Of a stretch of DNA of 64,000 nucleotides, positions 20,774 through 30,044 are shown one piece after another; positions within the stretch are counted from its first letter, which is position 1; every line of letters begins with the position of its first letter. The notes under the pieces are model-generated. The model searched no databases. It saw only the letters and a list, made by a program, of their open reading frames with translations, and was not told the origin of the DNA. Both the position numbers and the translations under genes were made by a program. This stretch comes from Actinomycetes bacterium (lineage in GTDB: Bacteria; Actinomycetota; Actinomycetes; Actinomycetales; Actinomycetaceae). The stretch is taken from NCBI GenBank assembly GCA_023387755.1, contig JAEWHO010000030.1, positions 3,802-67,801 on the forward strand. The letters are read 5' to 3'.

Positions 20774-21858
20774 CAGTCAACCTTCCTTTGTGCAAAAGCG
20801 TAGATTGCCGCCAGGACTGCAGCGATCAGAGCCATAACGATAGATACTGCTGAGGCCGGGCCGGCACCGGAGGGCGAGAGCTGGCCCATCATGGTGTTGT
20901 AGGCCATCATCATCGGGGTGTAGTCCGCCCCCATCCAGGTGTTCTGCGTGTACATCACCTGGGGTTCGTTGAAGAGCTGGATCGTGCCGATAATTGAGAG
21001 CAGCACCGCCAGGAGCGCTGCCGGGCGCAGCAGGGGGATTTTAATCTTGGTGATAACTTGCCAACCGGTAGCACCATCGATCCGGGCGGCTTCATATAGC
21101 TCGCTGGGAACAGAGTGGAGTGCGGCTAGGAAAATGAGCATGTTATAGCCGGTGAAGGTCCAGGTGGTCATATTGGCCATGGACGCCAAGATGATATTTC
21201 GGTCAAAGAAATTGACGTCGAATCCGAGCTGTTGCAGCCCATAGACGATGGGGCTCATCTGCGGGTTGTAGAGATACAGCCACACCATGGCGGCGATAAT
21301 GCCGGGGATAGCGTAGGGAAGGAAGAAACCCAACCGGTAGGCGCTAATCCTACGGATGAGGAGGGAATCCAGCAGCAGCGCCAAGGCCAGGGCTCCCAGG
21401 ATCATCACCGGGATTTGGAAGGCACCGAAGAGGAGTACCCGGCCAATCCCCCGCCAGAAGCGGGCATTCATCACTACTTCTTCGTAGTTTTGCAACCCTA
21501 CAAACTGTTCCACACTCTCCCCGCCACCGTACAGGCCGCCTCCCTTGGGCACGAGCTTGAAGAAGGAGCTGCGGATGGAAACGAGGATGGGGATGACAAA
21601 GCTGATAGTGAAGAAGATCGCGAAGGGCGCTAAGAAGGTCCACCCGAAGCGAGCTTCGCGCCGCCGACGAGCGCGGATTGACTTCTTATTCTGCTCGCTG
21701 GAAGCGGGCACATTTGCGGTACTACCGCTGGCGAGGTCCGTGGTAGCCGGCATCTGGGCGACCCCGGGCAGGTGGGCGGGGGTGTGGACGGCGCTGCCGT
21801 CCTCCCCAGCCTCTGCCTGCATCGGTTCACCCGTGGGGGGTGTTGATCGTGATGTCAT
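20773..21858 (-). CDS. Carbohydrate ABC transporter permease (MalF-like)
   Basis: It has the EAA loop EAARIDGATGWQVITKI. The N-terminal about 60 aa are low complexity, so the true start may be downstream. Confidence 0.8.
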   Translation of the reverse strand: MTSRSTPPTGEPMQAEAGEDGSAVHTPAHLPGVAQMPATTDLASGSTANVPASSEQNKKSIRARRRREARFGWTFLAPFAIFFTISFVIPILVSIRSSFFKLVPKGGGLYGGGESVEQFVGLQNYEEVVMNARFWRGIGRVLLFGAFQIPVMILGALALALLLDSLLIRRISAYRLGFFLPYAIPGIIAAMVWLYLYNPQMSPIVYGLQQLGFDVNFFDRNIILASMANMTTWTFTGYNMLIFLAALHSVPSELYEAARIDGATGWQVITKIKIPLLRPAALLAVLLSIIGTIQLFNEPQVMYTQNTWMGADYTPMMMAYNTMMGQLSPSGAGPASAVSIVMALIAAVLAAIYAFAQRKVD

Positions 21859-21921
21859 TGCGTGGGTGCTCCCCTCATCTAACTGCGTGGGTTACTCCCA
21901 CGCAATGATGGACGATCAGTA

Positions 21922-23265
21922 TTACTCGGCTACGCTGATTCCAGCAGCCTTCAAGGACTCGATGGCTTCCTTCTGAGCTGCTTCGAAGATGTCAGCCACC
22001 TTAGCGCTACCTTCCTTCACATTGCCACCAATTTCGTTCATCTTGGTGCCAACAGCAGGCCAGGTAGGAGCGTAGGGGAAGTTCGGGTTCATGGCTTCGT
22101 TAGCCTTCATAAGCTCGGCGTAGACGTCCTGCCCGCCAAAGTTCTTCTTCCAGGCCTCCGGGGTTTCCCCCTTCTCGGTGTTAGTAGCAACAACCAGACC
22201 CTGCGATACCAGATCCTTCACCTGGGTGTTGTACCAGTTCGCGAATTCCACGGCTTCCTTGGGGTGGGCACAGCCCTTGATCACGCCGATACCGGAGCCA
22301 CCGTCGGAACCGGTGGAGGGGGTGCCGGGGTTAAATTCGGGCAGCGGAGCAACCTGCCACTGTAAGCCAGCGTCACCAGCCTCCTTGGCGAGCTCATCCA
22401 GCATGAAGGCGGGTTCCCAACCGGCGGCAACAGTACCAATAATGGTGCCATCGAGCAGCTTGGCATTGAAATCATCGGACCAGCGGTCGATCTTCAGCAT
22501 GAGATCGTTGTCAAGCATGTCCTGAACGATGCCCGCCACCTTCTGCGAGGCCTCACCGTTCACATCCACCTTCCAGGCGTCGCTAGCGGCGTCAAACCAG
22601 GTACCGCCGGCGGCCGCAGCCAGACCGGACATCCGGTACTGGGTTTCATCACCCTGCCAGGTATCGATGTACTTGCCAGCAGCCTTAGCCTTTTCAGCGG
22701 CGGCCTTCATCTCATCCCAGTTGGTGGGGGCGGTGATGCCGAGCTCATCAAAGGCGGCCTTATCGTAAACATAGATAAGGGGGCCGGTATCCTGGGGCAG
22801 ACCGACGACGGCCTCGCCGAGCTTCATCATGCCCATGGCGCCAGCGGAGTAGTTGCCCTCGTATTCCTTGGTGAATTCGGCGACGTCCATGAGGTCGCCC
22901 TTGACGAATTCGGAGGCCACCTCACCGTAACCGATCTGTGCCAAGCAGGGGGCGTTACCCGCCTTTACGGCCTGCTCAATCTTGGCGTAAGACTCCTGCG
23001 GCTTACCTTCGAACTTCTGGGATTTCACCTGGATATTCGGGTGCTCCTCATTCCAGCGAGCAACCGATTCTTCCACCTTGACCATGCCATCGTTATCCGG
23101 CAGGCGGTGCCAGTATTCAATCTCAATCTTTTCGCCATCGGAAGCGCTTGGCGCCGCGGAATTCCCGCCTTCGGCCTTTCCGCCACCGCATCCCGCGAGC
23201 ACGAGGGCCGCTGCTGCCAGCGCGCCCACCATAGCCGGAGTCCGGCTGAATTTCTTGTCAGACAT
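21922..23265 (-). CDS. Carbohydrate ABC transporter substrate-binding lipoprotein
   Basis: It has the lipobox LAGCGG. Its size and composition fit a family-1 solute-binding protein. It is the first gene of a 3-gene transporter operon. Confidence 0.85.
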   Translation of the reverse strand: MSDKKFSRTPAMVGALAAAALVLAGCGGGKAEGGNSAAPSASDGEKIEIEYWHRLPDNDGMVKVEESVARWNEEHPNIQVKSQKFEGKPQESYAKIEQAVKAGNAPCLAQIGYGEVASEFVKGDLMDVAEFTKEYEGNYSAGAMGMMKLGEAVVGLPQDTGPLIYVYDKAAFDELGITAPTNWDEMKAAAEKAKAAGKYIDTWQGDETQYRMSGLAAAAGGTWFDAASDAWKVDVNGEASQKVAGIVQDMLDNDLMLKIDRWSDDFNAKLLDGTIIGTVAAGWEPAFMLDELAKEAGDAGLQWQVAPLPEFNPGTPSTGSDGGSGIGVIKGCAHPKEAVEFANWYNTQVKDLVSQGLVVATNTEKGETPEAWKKNFGGQDVYAELMKANEAMNPNFPYAPTWPAVGTKMNEIGGNVKEGSAKVADIFEAAQKEAIESLKAAGISVAE

Positions 23266-23513
23266 CTCGTCGACCTCTCCGTCGATCCTCGTTGTGAGTC
23301 GCGCGGTTTTGCGCGCTTTCTATGAGCGACATGCGTGGCATCTCGCCTTGTACCACCATCTTACGAAAGATTGTGCGCGTTTCCTAGTTATGTTTGATAT
23401 CAATTCGGCCGCAATCTACCACAACCGAACATCTACGGTGGTTTGCGCGCGTATTCTCGCCGTAAACCAACACCCGTCATTCGACGCTGGACGACGCAAA
23501 CTAAGCTGGAGCC

Positions 23514-24311
23514 ATGAAAATCGCTACCTGGAACGTCAACTCCATCCGCACCCGCATCAACCGCGTTATCGCCTTCCTAGAACGCGAACAGGTAGATGCG
23601 CTTGCAATTCAGGAGCTGAAATGCCGCGAACATCAGTTCCCCTTCGAGGCCTTCACGCAGGCCGGCTATGAAGTCGCGATGGTCGGCTACAACCAGTGGA
23701 ATGGGGTCGCAATTGCCTCGCGGATCGGCCTAACAGCCGCCGACCCCGGATTTCCTGGCATGCCCGGGTGGGGCGATGGAGCCGAGAGTGAAGCCCGGGC
23801 GCTATCCGCCGTCGTCGGGAATGACGATAGCGGGAAGGTGGAGATCTGGAGCCTATATGTACCCAACGGCCGCGAACTCGATCACCCGCACTACACCTAT
23901 AAATTGCAGTGGCTGGCGGCGTTAAAAGAATATATGGCGCAGCGGGTGGACGCTGACCCGCAAGCAAAGATTGCCCTCATGGGTGATTGGAATGTGGCAC
24001 CGCTCGATGAGGACGTGTGGTCGATGGAGTTCTTTGCCGGCAAAACCCACGTCAGCGCCCCCGAGCGGGCGGCTTTTAATGCTTTTGGGGAAGCCGGGTT
24101 CACCGAGGTGACGCGCCCGCACGTCACGCAGTACACGTACTGGGATTACCAGCAGCTACGCTTTCCACGCAACGAGGGGATGCGGATCGACTTTGTCCAG
24201 TGCTCGCCAGCCCTCACCCCGCTGGTGACGACCGCGCGGATTGACCGAGATGAACGCAAGGGCAAGGGCGCATCCGACCATGTGCCCGTGATTGTAGAGC
24301 TAGAGTTTTAG
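23514..24311 (+). CDS. xthA: Exodeoxyribonuclease III
   Basis: It starts with MKIATWNVNSIR and has a C-terminal SDHVPV (catalytic His). The length is 265 aa. Confidence 0.9.
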   Translation: MKIATWNVNSIRTRINRVIAFLEREQVDALAIQELKCREHQFPFEAFTQAGYEVAMVGYNQWNGVAIASRIGLTAADPGFPGMPGWGDGAESEARALSAVVGNDDSGKVEIWSLYVPNGRELDHPHYTYKLQWLAALKEYMAQRVDADPQAKIALMGDWNVAPLDEDVWSMEFFAGKTHVSAPERAAFNAFGEAGFTEVTRPHVTQYTYWDYQQLRFPRNEGMRIDFVQCSPALTPLVTTARIDRDERKGKGASDHVPVIVELEF

Positions 24312-24316
24312 GCTCA

Positions 24317-25171
24317 CTAGCGGTTATCGACGAATTCGCAGATACGGGTGTTAAGGTCCGTCCACTTGGCGTGGTGCTCCTTGTTATAGGGTTCAGCCCC
24401 TAGGAATGCCGCCCCGACGCCGCGCTTCGGATCGACCCACGCGAAGGAGCCGGACGCACCAAAATGCCCGAAGGTTTCAGGACTGTGTGCGGGCGAAAGC
24501 CAGTGAGGATCCTTATGGGCGTGGATCTCGAAGCCGAGGCCCCAGGCATTTTCTTTATGCCGCCCGTAACTGGGTACGACGCCGTCGAGCCCAGGGAATT
24601 GGATCGAGGTGGCGGCGCGGAAACTCTCTGGTGAGACGAGGGTTGGCCGCATCCATTCGCGCACCAGTTCCGCGAGCGCCCGGGCGGTCCCATGAGCCCC
24701 GTAGGCCGGCGACCCGGTGAAGATGAGGTCGGCAATCCCGAGCGGGGTAAGCACCTGTTCATCCACCCAGGTTTGGATGTCGATGCCGGTTTCCTCCTCG
24801 AACCGCTCCCCCATCACTTCGATCCCCACATTGGAGTAGACGCGGTGGCGTTCGGGCCGCTGCGCCGGGTAGCCGGCTTCGAAGGGCAGGCCGGACGCGT
24901 GGGACATCAAATGCCGGATCGTCGCCCCGGGAGCGCGGGGCCCGGCGGGGGCGTCGAGGTCGAGTAGATGCCGGTCGACGGCGATCATCGCCGCGTAGAC
25001 GGCGAGCGGTTTGGTCACGGACGCGAACGGGTAGTCAGTGGTGGTGACCCCTTCTTCATGGAGGATGCCCTCAGCGTCGACGACGACCAGGCCGCAGTCG
25101 AAACTCCACTCGCCCAGGATCGAGATGGCGGGCTCGGCGGATGCTGCGGCGGGCTGGGATGGGTGCGTCAT
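24317..25171 (-). CDS. Serine hydrolase, beta-lactamase/PBP-like family
   Basis: It has an S-x-x-K motif (FASVTKPL). Its size fits a class C-like esterase or beta-lactamase fold. Confidence 0.7.
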   Translation of the reverse strand: MTHPSQPAAASAEPAISILGEWSFDCGLVVVDAEGILHEEGVTTTDYPFASVTKPLAVYAAMIAVDRHLLDLDAPAGPRAPGATIRHLMSHASGLPFEAGYPAQRPERHRVYSNVGIEVMGERFEEETGIDIQTWVDEQVLTPLGIADLIFTGSPAYGAHGTARALAELVREWMRPTLVSPESFRAATSIQFPGLDGVVPSYGRHKENAWGLGFEIHAHKDPHWLSPAHSPETFGHFGASGSFAWVDPKRGVGAAFLGAEPYNKEHHAKWTDLNTRICEFVDNR

Positions 25172-25187
25172 GCACCTATCCTAAACA

Positions 25188-25215
25188 GCTCGGCCCTACC
25201 GAAGCAGGGCCGAGC
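25188..25215 (-). terminator. Hairpin terminator downstream of clpB
   Basis: It has a 10-bp stem (gctcggccct / agggccgagc) and an 8-nt loop. It is followed on the minus strand by UGUUUAGG. Confidence 0.55.
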
Positions 25216-25220
25216 AGCCG

Positions 25221-27815
25221 TTAGGCGCGCTGGAGGGTGAGCCCATCCTCGGCGCGTTCGACAGCCACCGTATCGCCGTCGTCAACCTCTCCCCCAATAA
25301 TCATGCGGGCCAGAGCGTCACCGATTTGCTGCTGCACCAGGCGGCGCAGCGGGCGGGCGCCGTAGGCCGGATCGTAACCGGCTTCGGCCAGCCAAGCGCG
25401 GGCGTCATCGCTGACCTCCAGGCGAATCCGGCGGGCGCGCAAACGTTGCGCCATCGCCGCCACTTGCAGATCAACAATCCGCGCCAGTTCGGTTTGGCTG
25501 AGCGGATCGAAGATCAGCACTTCATCCAGGCGGTTGAGGAATTCGGGTTTGAACGCCTGCCGTACCGCGGCCATGACGGCCTCGTGTTTGGCGGCGGCGT
25601 CGAGCTCCTCAGAGACGAGGAACTGGGAGCCGAGGTTCGAGGTGAGCACCAAGATGGTATTGCGGAAGTCCACGGTGCGGCCCTGCCCGTCGGTCAGGCG
25701 GCCGTCGTCGAGCACCTGCAGGAGGATATCGAAGACCTCGGGATGGGCTTTTTCCACCTCGTCCAGGAGTACGACCGAGTAGGGACGGCGGCGCACAGCC
25801 TCGGTCAGCTGCCCGCCTTCGTCATACCCGACGTACCCGGGAGGTGCCCCGACCAGGCGGGAGACCGAATGCTTCTCCGAGTATTCGCTCATATCGATCC
25901 GCACGATGGCGTGCTCATCATCGAAGAGGAAATCGGCCAGGGACTTAGCCAGTTCCGTCTTCCCCACCCCGGTGGGGCCGAGGAAGAGGAAAGAGCCAGT
26001 AGGCCGATTCGGGTCCGCTACTCCTGCCCGCGAGCGCCGCACCGCATCGGAGACGGCCTGCACGGCCTTGTGCTGGCCGATCAGGCGTTCGCCAATGATC
26101 GTTTCCATGCTCAGCAGCTTTTCCATCTCCCCCTGCAGCAGCCGCCCAGTGGGGATACCGGTCCACGATTCTACGACTTCCGCCACTTCACCCGGCCCGA
26201 CTTTCTCAGCGATCATCGGGGCCTGCTCGGTGGGTGCGTCGGCTTCTTCGGCTTCTGCCTGGGCGATCTCCCGCTCAACCGCGGGGATCTCGCCATTTTG
26301 CAGCCGGCCAGCTTCTTCCCACCGGCCCTCACGCATGGCCACATCCAACTGGGTGCGCAACTCGTCGAGCTGCACGCGCAGATCCCCCACCCGGTTGCGG
26401 CCAGCTTTCTCAGCCTCCCACCGGGCGGTCAACGCCCGCAGCTCCTCGGAGCGGTCGGCCAGTTCGGCCCGCACCTTCTCCAGCTGCGCCGCCGTCGTGG
26501 CGTCAGTGTTATCCGGATCGGACTCGGTTAAATACGACTCTTCCATACGCAAGCGGTCCACCTGCCGGGTGAGCACGTCAATCTCCACCGGGGAGGAATC
26601 TAGTTCCATTCGCAGCCGGGAGGCGGCCTCGTCGATCAGGTCAATGGCCTTATCGGGCAGTTGCCGCCCGCTGATATAGCGGTCAGACAGCTCCGCGGCT
26701 GCCACGAGTGCGCCGTCGGAAATCGTCACTTTATGGTGGGCCTCGTACTTCGGCGCGATCCCACGCAGAATCGCAACGGTATCCTCCACACTCGGCTCAC
26801 CCACAAAGACCTGCTGGAAACGGCGCTCCAGGGCGGGATCTTTTTCGATATTTTCGCGGTATTCGTCCAGGGTGGTGGCCCCGACCATCCGCAGTTCCCC
26901 GCGCGCAAGCATAGGTTTGAGCATATTGCCGGCGTCCATCGCACCCTCGGAGCCGCCGCCCGCACCCACCATGGTGTGGAGCTCGTCGATAAAAGTAATA
27001 ACCTCGCCGTCGGCGCCCTTAATCTCGTTCAGGACAGCCTTGAGGCGTTCCTCGAACTCCCCGCGGTATTTAGCGCCGGCCACCATGGCGGATAGATCCA
27101 GCGCGATGAGGCGTTTATTTTTCAGGGATTCGGGGACGTCTCCGGCCACGATCCGTTGGGCTAGCCCTTCGACGACGGCGGTTTTCCCCACGCCGGGTTC
27201 CCCGATGAGTACCGGATTATTCTTAGTGCGCCGGGACAGTACCTGCACGACGCGGCGAATTTCGCTATCGCGGCCGATGACCGGATCGAGTTTGCCATCC
27301 CGAGCCACTTCGGTGAGGTCTCGCCCGTACTTTTTGAGGGCCTCAAAGGTGCCCTCCGGGTTCGCGGAGGTTACCGGATTGGGGCGAAGCTGCGGCAGCA
27401 CCTGTTCGAGACGGGCCGGATCCGCGCCCGCGCCAGCGAGTAACCGGCCGGCTTCGGAATCGCTGGCTGCCAGGGCCAGCAGGAGGTGTTCAGTAGAGAC
27501 GTACTCGTCGCCCATCTGGCGGGCGCGTTCCCCGGCGTCGCTCAGAACGGTGAGAACTTCACGGGCGGTCTGTGGTTCGGCCACCGAACTCCCCGTGGAG
27601 GACGGCAGGGCGGTTAGGGCTCGCCGTACCCGCGCACCGATTTCGGTACGGGAAGCACCGACGGCTTCGAGCAAGGAGAGGGCGATCCCTTCTTCTTGGT
27701 CGAGCAGGGCGTAAAGCAGGTGCAGGTTGGTGATCTGCGGATTACCCGCAGCCTGCGCGGTTTGCAGGGCAGCCGCAATCGTTTCTTGCGACCGAGTGGT
27801 GTAGCGATCGTTCAT
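25221..27815 (-). CDS. clpB: ATP-dependent chaperone ClpB
   Basis: The product is 864 aa. It has two AAA+ modules (GEPGVGKT and GPTGVGKT) separated by a long coiled-coil M-domain. Confidence 0.97.
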   Translation of the reverse strand: MNDRYTTRSQETIAAALQTAQAAGNPQITNLHLLYALLDQEEGIALSLLEAVGASRTEIGARVRRALTALPSSTGSSVAEPQTAREVLTVLSDAGERARQMGDEYVSTEHLLLALAASDSEAGRLLAGAGADPARLEQVLPQLRPNPVTSANPEGTFEALKKYGRDLTEVARDGKLDPVIGRDSEIRRVVQVLSRRTKNNPVLIGEPGVGKTAVVEGLAQRIVAGDVPESLKNKRLIALDLSAMVAGAKYRGEFEERLKAVLNEIKGADGEVITFIDELHTMVGAGGGSEGAMDAGNMLKPMLARGELRMVGATTLDEYRENIEKDPALERRFQQVFVGEPSVEDTVAILRGIAPKYEAHHKVTISDGALVAAAELSDRYISGRQLPDKAIDLIDEAASRLRMELDSSPVEIDVLTRQVDRLRMEESYLTESDPDNTDATTAAQLEKVRAELADRSEELRALTARWEAEKAGRNRVGDLRVQLDELRTQLDVAMREGRWEEAGRLQNGEIPAVEREIAQAEAEEADAPTEQAPMIAEKVGPGEVAEVVESWTGIPTGRLLQGEMEKLLSMETIIGERLIGQHKAVQAVSDAVRRSRAGVADPNRPTGSFLFLGPTGVGKTELAKSLADFLFDDEHAIVRIDMSEYSEKHSVSRLVGAPPGYVGYDEGGQLTEAVRRRPYSVVLLDEVEKAHPEVFDILLQVLDDGRLTDGQGRTVDFRNTILVLTSNLGSQFLVSEELDAAAKHEAVMAAVRQAFKPEFLNRLDEVLIFDPLSQTELARIVDLQVAAMAQRLRARRIRLEVSDDARAWLAEAGYDPAYGARPLRRLVQQQIGDALARMIIGGEVDDGDTVAVERAEDGLTLQRA

Positions 27816-27903
27816 GCAGAGTCCTTAAAGTATGGTCCGCAACGGCGGGCGTGGTTCAGTATCTGCTTCCTTCAACACCACTACACGCAGTTATATTCCC
27901 AAA

Positions 27904-27924
27904 GTTGAGCTTAGGTGACTCAAC
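27904..27924. promoter_or_regulatory. HspR-associated inverted repeat (HAIR) upstream of clpB
   Basis: The sequence GTTGAGC-ttaggtg-ACTCAAC compares with the HAIR consensus CTTGAGT-N7-ACTCAAG. It lies about 90-110 nt upstream of the clpB ATG. Confidence 0.6.
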
Positions 27925-27932
27925 CTATGGTT

Positions 27933-29846
27933 TTAAGCGGCTTTTGCCTGCTCCGTCATTGTCGGCACGGCCTCAACCAGGGTGGCAGGCTCCGTTTCGA
28001 GTGCAATCTCGCGTTGCCCGGGCCGCATAGCCCTTAGCGCCCACAGAATACACGCGAGGTCTACCAATTCCTGGGACGCCGCCCCCACGATCGCGGGCAG
28101 GTATCCGGCTACCGCCACTGCCATCAACCCCAGCGACATCGCCACGCCAATCCCGATGGCCTGCAACGCCACCCGGGTGGTGTGCCGCCCAATACTGACA
28201 GCCACCGCGGCCCGGTGCACATCCTCTTTCATAATGACGACGTCGGCGCTTTCCGAGGCGGCGGAAGCGCCGCGTGCTCCCATGGCCACGCCCACATCGG
28301 CTGCCGCCAATACGGGCGCATCATTAACGCCGTCGCCCACCATCATGACGGGGTGGGCCTCAGTCTGCTGCACGATCCGCAGTTTGTCTTCCGGCAACAG
28401 TCCGCTTTGTACTGACGTGATCCCCACCTGTTCAGCAATCGGCGCTGCCCCGGCAGCACCATCCCCGGTCAGCATCATTACCTCACGCACACTCAGCCGA
28501 TGCAGGTCACTCACGGTACTGGCAGCCTCGGGCCGGACTGTGTCCGCAATAGCGATAGCGCCGGCATAGTGGTCATCGGCTAGGACGTGTACCAGGCTGG
28601 CACCGGCGGGAGCCGGAATGGCGCCCGCCGCGGCGTCGTCGTACTTCCCCACTCGAATCCGCAACTGAGCCTGTTCCACCGTGCCTTCAACGCCCACAGC
28701 CGGGATTTCACTCACCCCGCACACCGAGTAGGTGGGCAGGCGGCGTTGGCGTGCGGCTGCCACGATGGCGGCGGCAAGCGGGTGAGTAGATAGGTTCTCG
28801 ACGGCGGCGGCCCACGCGAGGAGGTCGTCAGCGTCGTACCCGGTGCTCGGAAGGATAGCGGTCACCTGGGGTTCGCCGCGGGTGAGGGTTCCAGTTTTGT
28901 CGAATGCCACCGTGCGGATGCGCGAGAGCCGCTCGATAGTGCCGCCGTCTTTGACGATAATGCCGCCGCGGGCGGCACGTGACATCCCACCCATAAACGC
29001 CACCGGCGCGGCGATAAGGAGCGGGCAGGGCGTAGCCACGACAAGCACCTGCGCGGCCCGCAGCGCCTCCCCACTCATCCACCAAGCAAAAGCTGCAATC
29101 ACGAGCGCCGCCACCGTGAACGGAACCGCAATTTTGTCGGCCAAACGGACCATCGGGGAGCGGGATTCGGCGGCCTGTTTCACTAGCGCCATAATCTGCT
29201 GGTACTGCGAATCGGCGGCCCGCGCCGTCGCGCGTACCCGCACCGCTTGGGCACCGTTCACCGCGCCGGACATCACCGTATCCCCACGCACGCGCTCCAC
29301 CGGTAGGGATTCACCGGTGAGGGACGATTCATCCATGGAGGCAGCCGCATCGAGGAGTTCCCCATCGACCGGGACCACATCATTAGGCCGGATCATCAGG
29401 ATTTGGCCGACCTCAACGTCCTCAACCGGCACGGTGCGGGTGGTGCCGTCCGCGGTGAGAAGGTGGGCTTCTCGCGGCGCGCGGGAGAGCAGCGCCGTCA
29501 ATTCCCCGCGGGCCCGGCCGGCGGCGTAATCCTCCAGCGCTTCCCCGCCGGACAGCATCAGGCAGACGACCAGCGCCGCCCAGTACTCCCCGACCGCCAC
29601 GGTGGCCACAATCGCGACAATGGCGAGGATGTCGATCCCCCACGCGCCCTCCATGAGGTCGCGCACCATCCCGCGGAATTGGTCGGCAGCGACGACGAGC
29701 GCGAATCCGCTCACCCAGACTTGGGCGGCACTCAGATTCCCGACGACGCTCCCCGGCCAGGCGAGTAGCAGGAAGCCGACCGCGGCCACGGCTAGGCACG
29801 CGATCACCCAGGGGTAGGAGCGCAGGGTGTTCCAAGCCTTTGTCAT
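27933..29846 (-). CDS. Heavy-metal translocating P1B-type ATPase, TPCP (PCP) transmembrane motif, no N-terminal metal-binding domain
   Basis: It has TGES, DKTGTLT, SxHP (STHPLA), GDGVNDAP and the TM motif VVATPCPLLIAAP. The first about 110 aa are TM helices only, with no CxxC ferredoxin-like domain. Confidence 0.85.
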   Translation of the reverse strand: MTKAWNTLRSYPWVIACLAVAAVGFLLLAWPGSVVGNLSAAQVWVSGFALVVAADQFRGMVRDLMEGAWGIDILAIVAIVATVAVGEYWAALVVCLMLSGGEALEDYAAGRARGELTALLSRAPREAHLLTADGTTRTVPVEDVEVGQILMIRPNDVVPVDGELLDAAASMDESSLTGESLPVERVRGDTVMSGAVNGAQAVRVRATARAADSQYQQIMALVKQAAESRSPMVRLADKIAVPFTVAALVIAAFAWWMSGEALRAAQVLVVATPCPLLIAAPVAFMGGMSRAARGGIIVKDGGTIERLSRIRTVAFDKTGTLTRGEPQVTAILPSTGYDADDLLAWAAAVENLSTHPLAAAIVAAARQRRLPTYSVCGVSEIPAVGVEGTVEQAQLRIRVGKYDDAAAGAIPAPAGASLVHVLADDHYAGAIAIADTVRPEAASTVSDLHRLSVREVMMLTGDGAAGAAPIAEQVGITSVQSGLLPEDKLRIVQQTEAHPVMMVGDGVNDAPVLAAADVGVAMGARGASAASESADVVIMKEDVHRAAVAVSIGRHTTRVALQAIGIGVAMSLGLMAVAVAGYLPAIVGAASQELVDLACILWALRAMRPGQREIALETEPATLVEAVPTMTEQAKAA

Positions 29847-29890
29847 ACCCCTACTGTGCGCTTACACAGCGTCCCTCACAACCTTGCTAA

Positions 29891-29930
29891 GCCTGCCCTT
29901 TTCCGCATGGTTACGCGGAAAAGGGCAGGC
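29891..29930. repeat. Palindromic element copy B (GCCTGCCCTTTTCCGC-ATGGTTAC-GCGGAAAAGGGCAGGC)
   Basis: It is a perfect 16-bp inverted repeat with an 8-nt spacer. Its core is shared with 4877-4906. It lies between the amidase stop (30045) and the ATPase start (29846). Confidence 0.6.
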
Positions 29931-30044
29931 TTACCTGGCTGGTTCCTGGGCTGGTTACCCTTACCTTGGCAGCGGCGGGCCAACAGCAGGGGGCGCTAGC
30001 GGGAGGCGTGCGTTGGGGCATGCAGCGTTGGGAGCATACCGGCG

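Noticed and set aside
25326-27714. Several 250-400-aa plus-strand ORFs (25326-26531, 25906-26679, 26872-27714).
   Set aside because: All are antisense to clpB, which is unambiguous. They are shadow ORFs.
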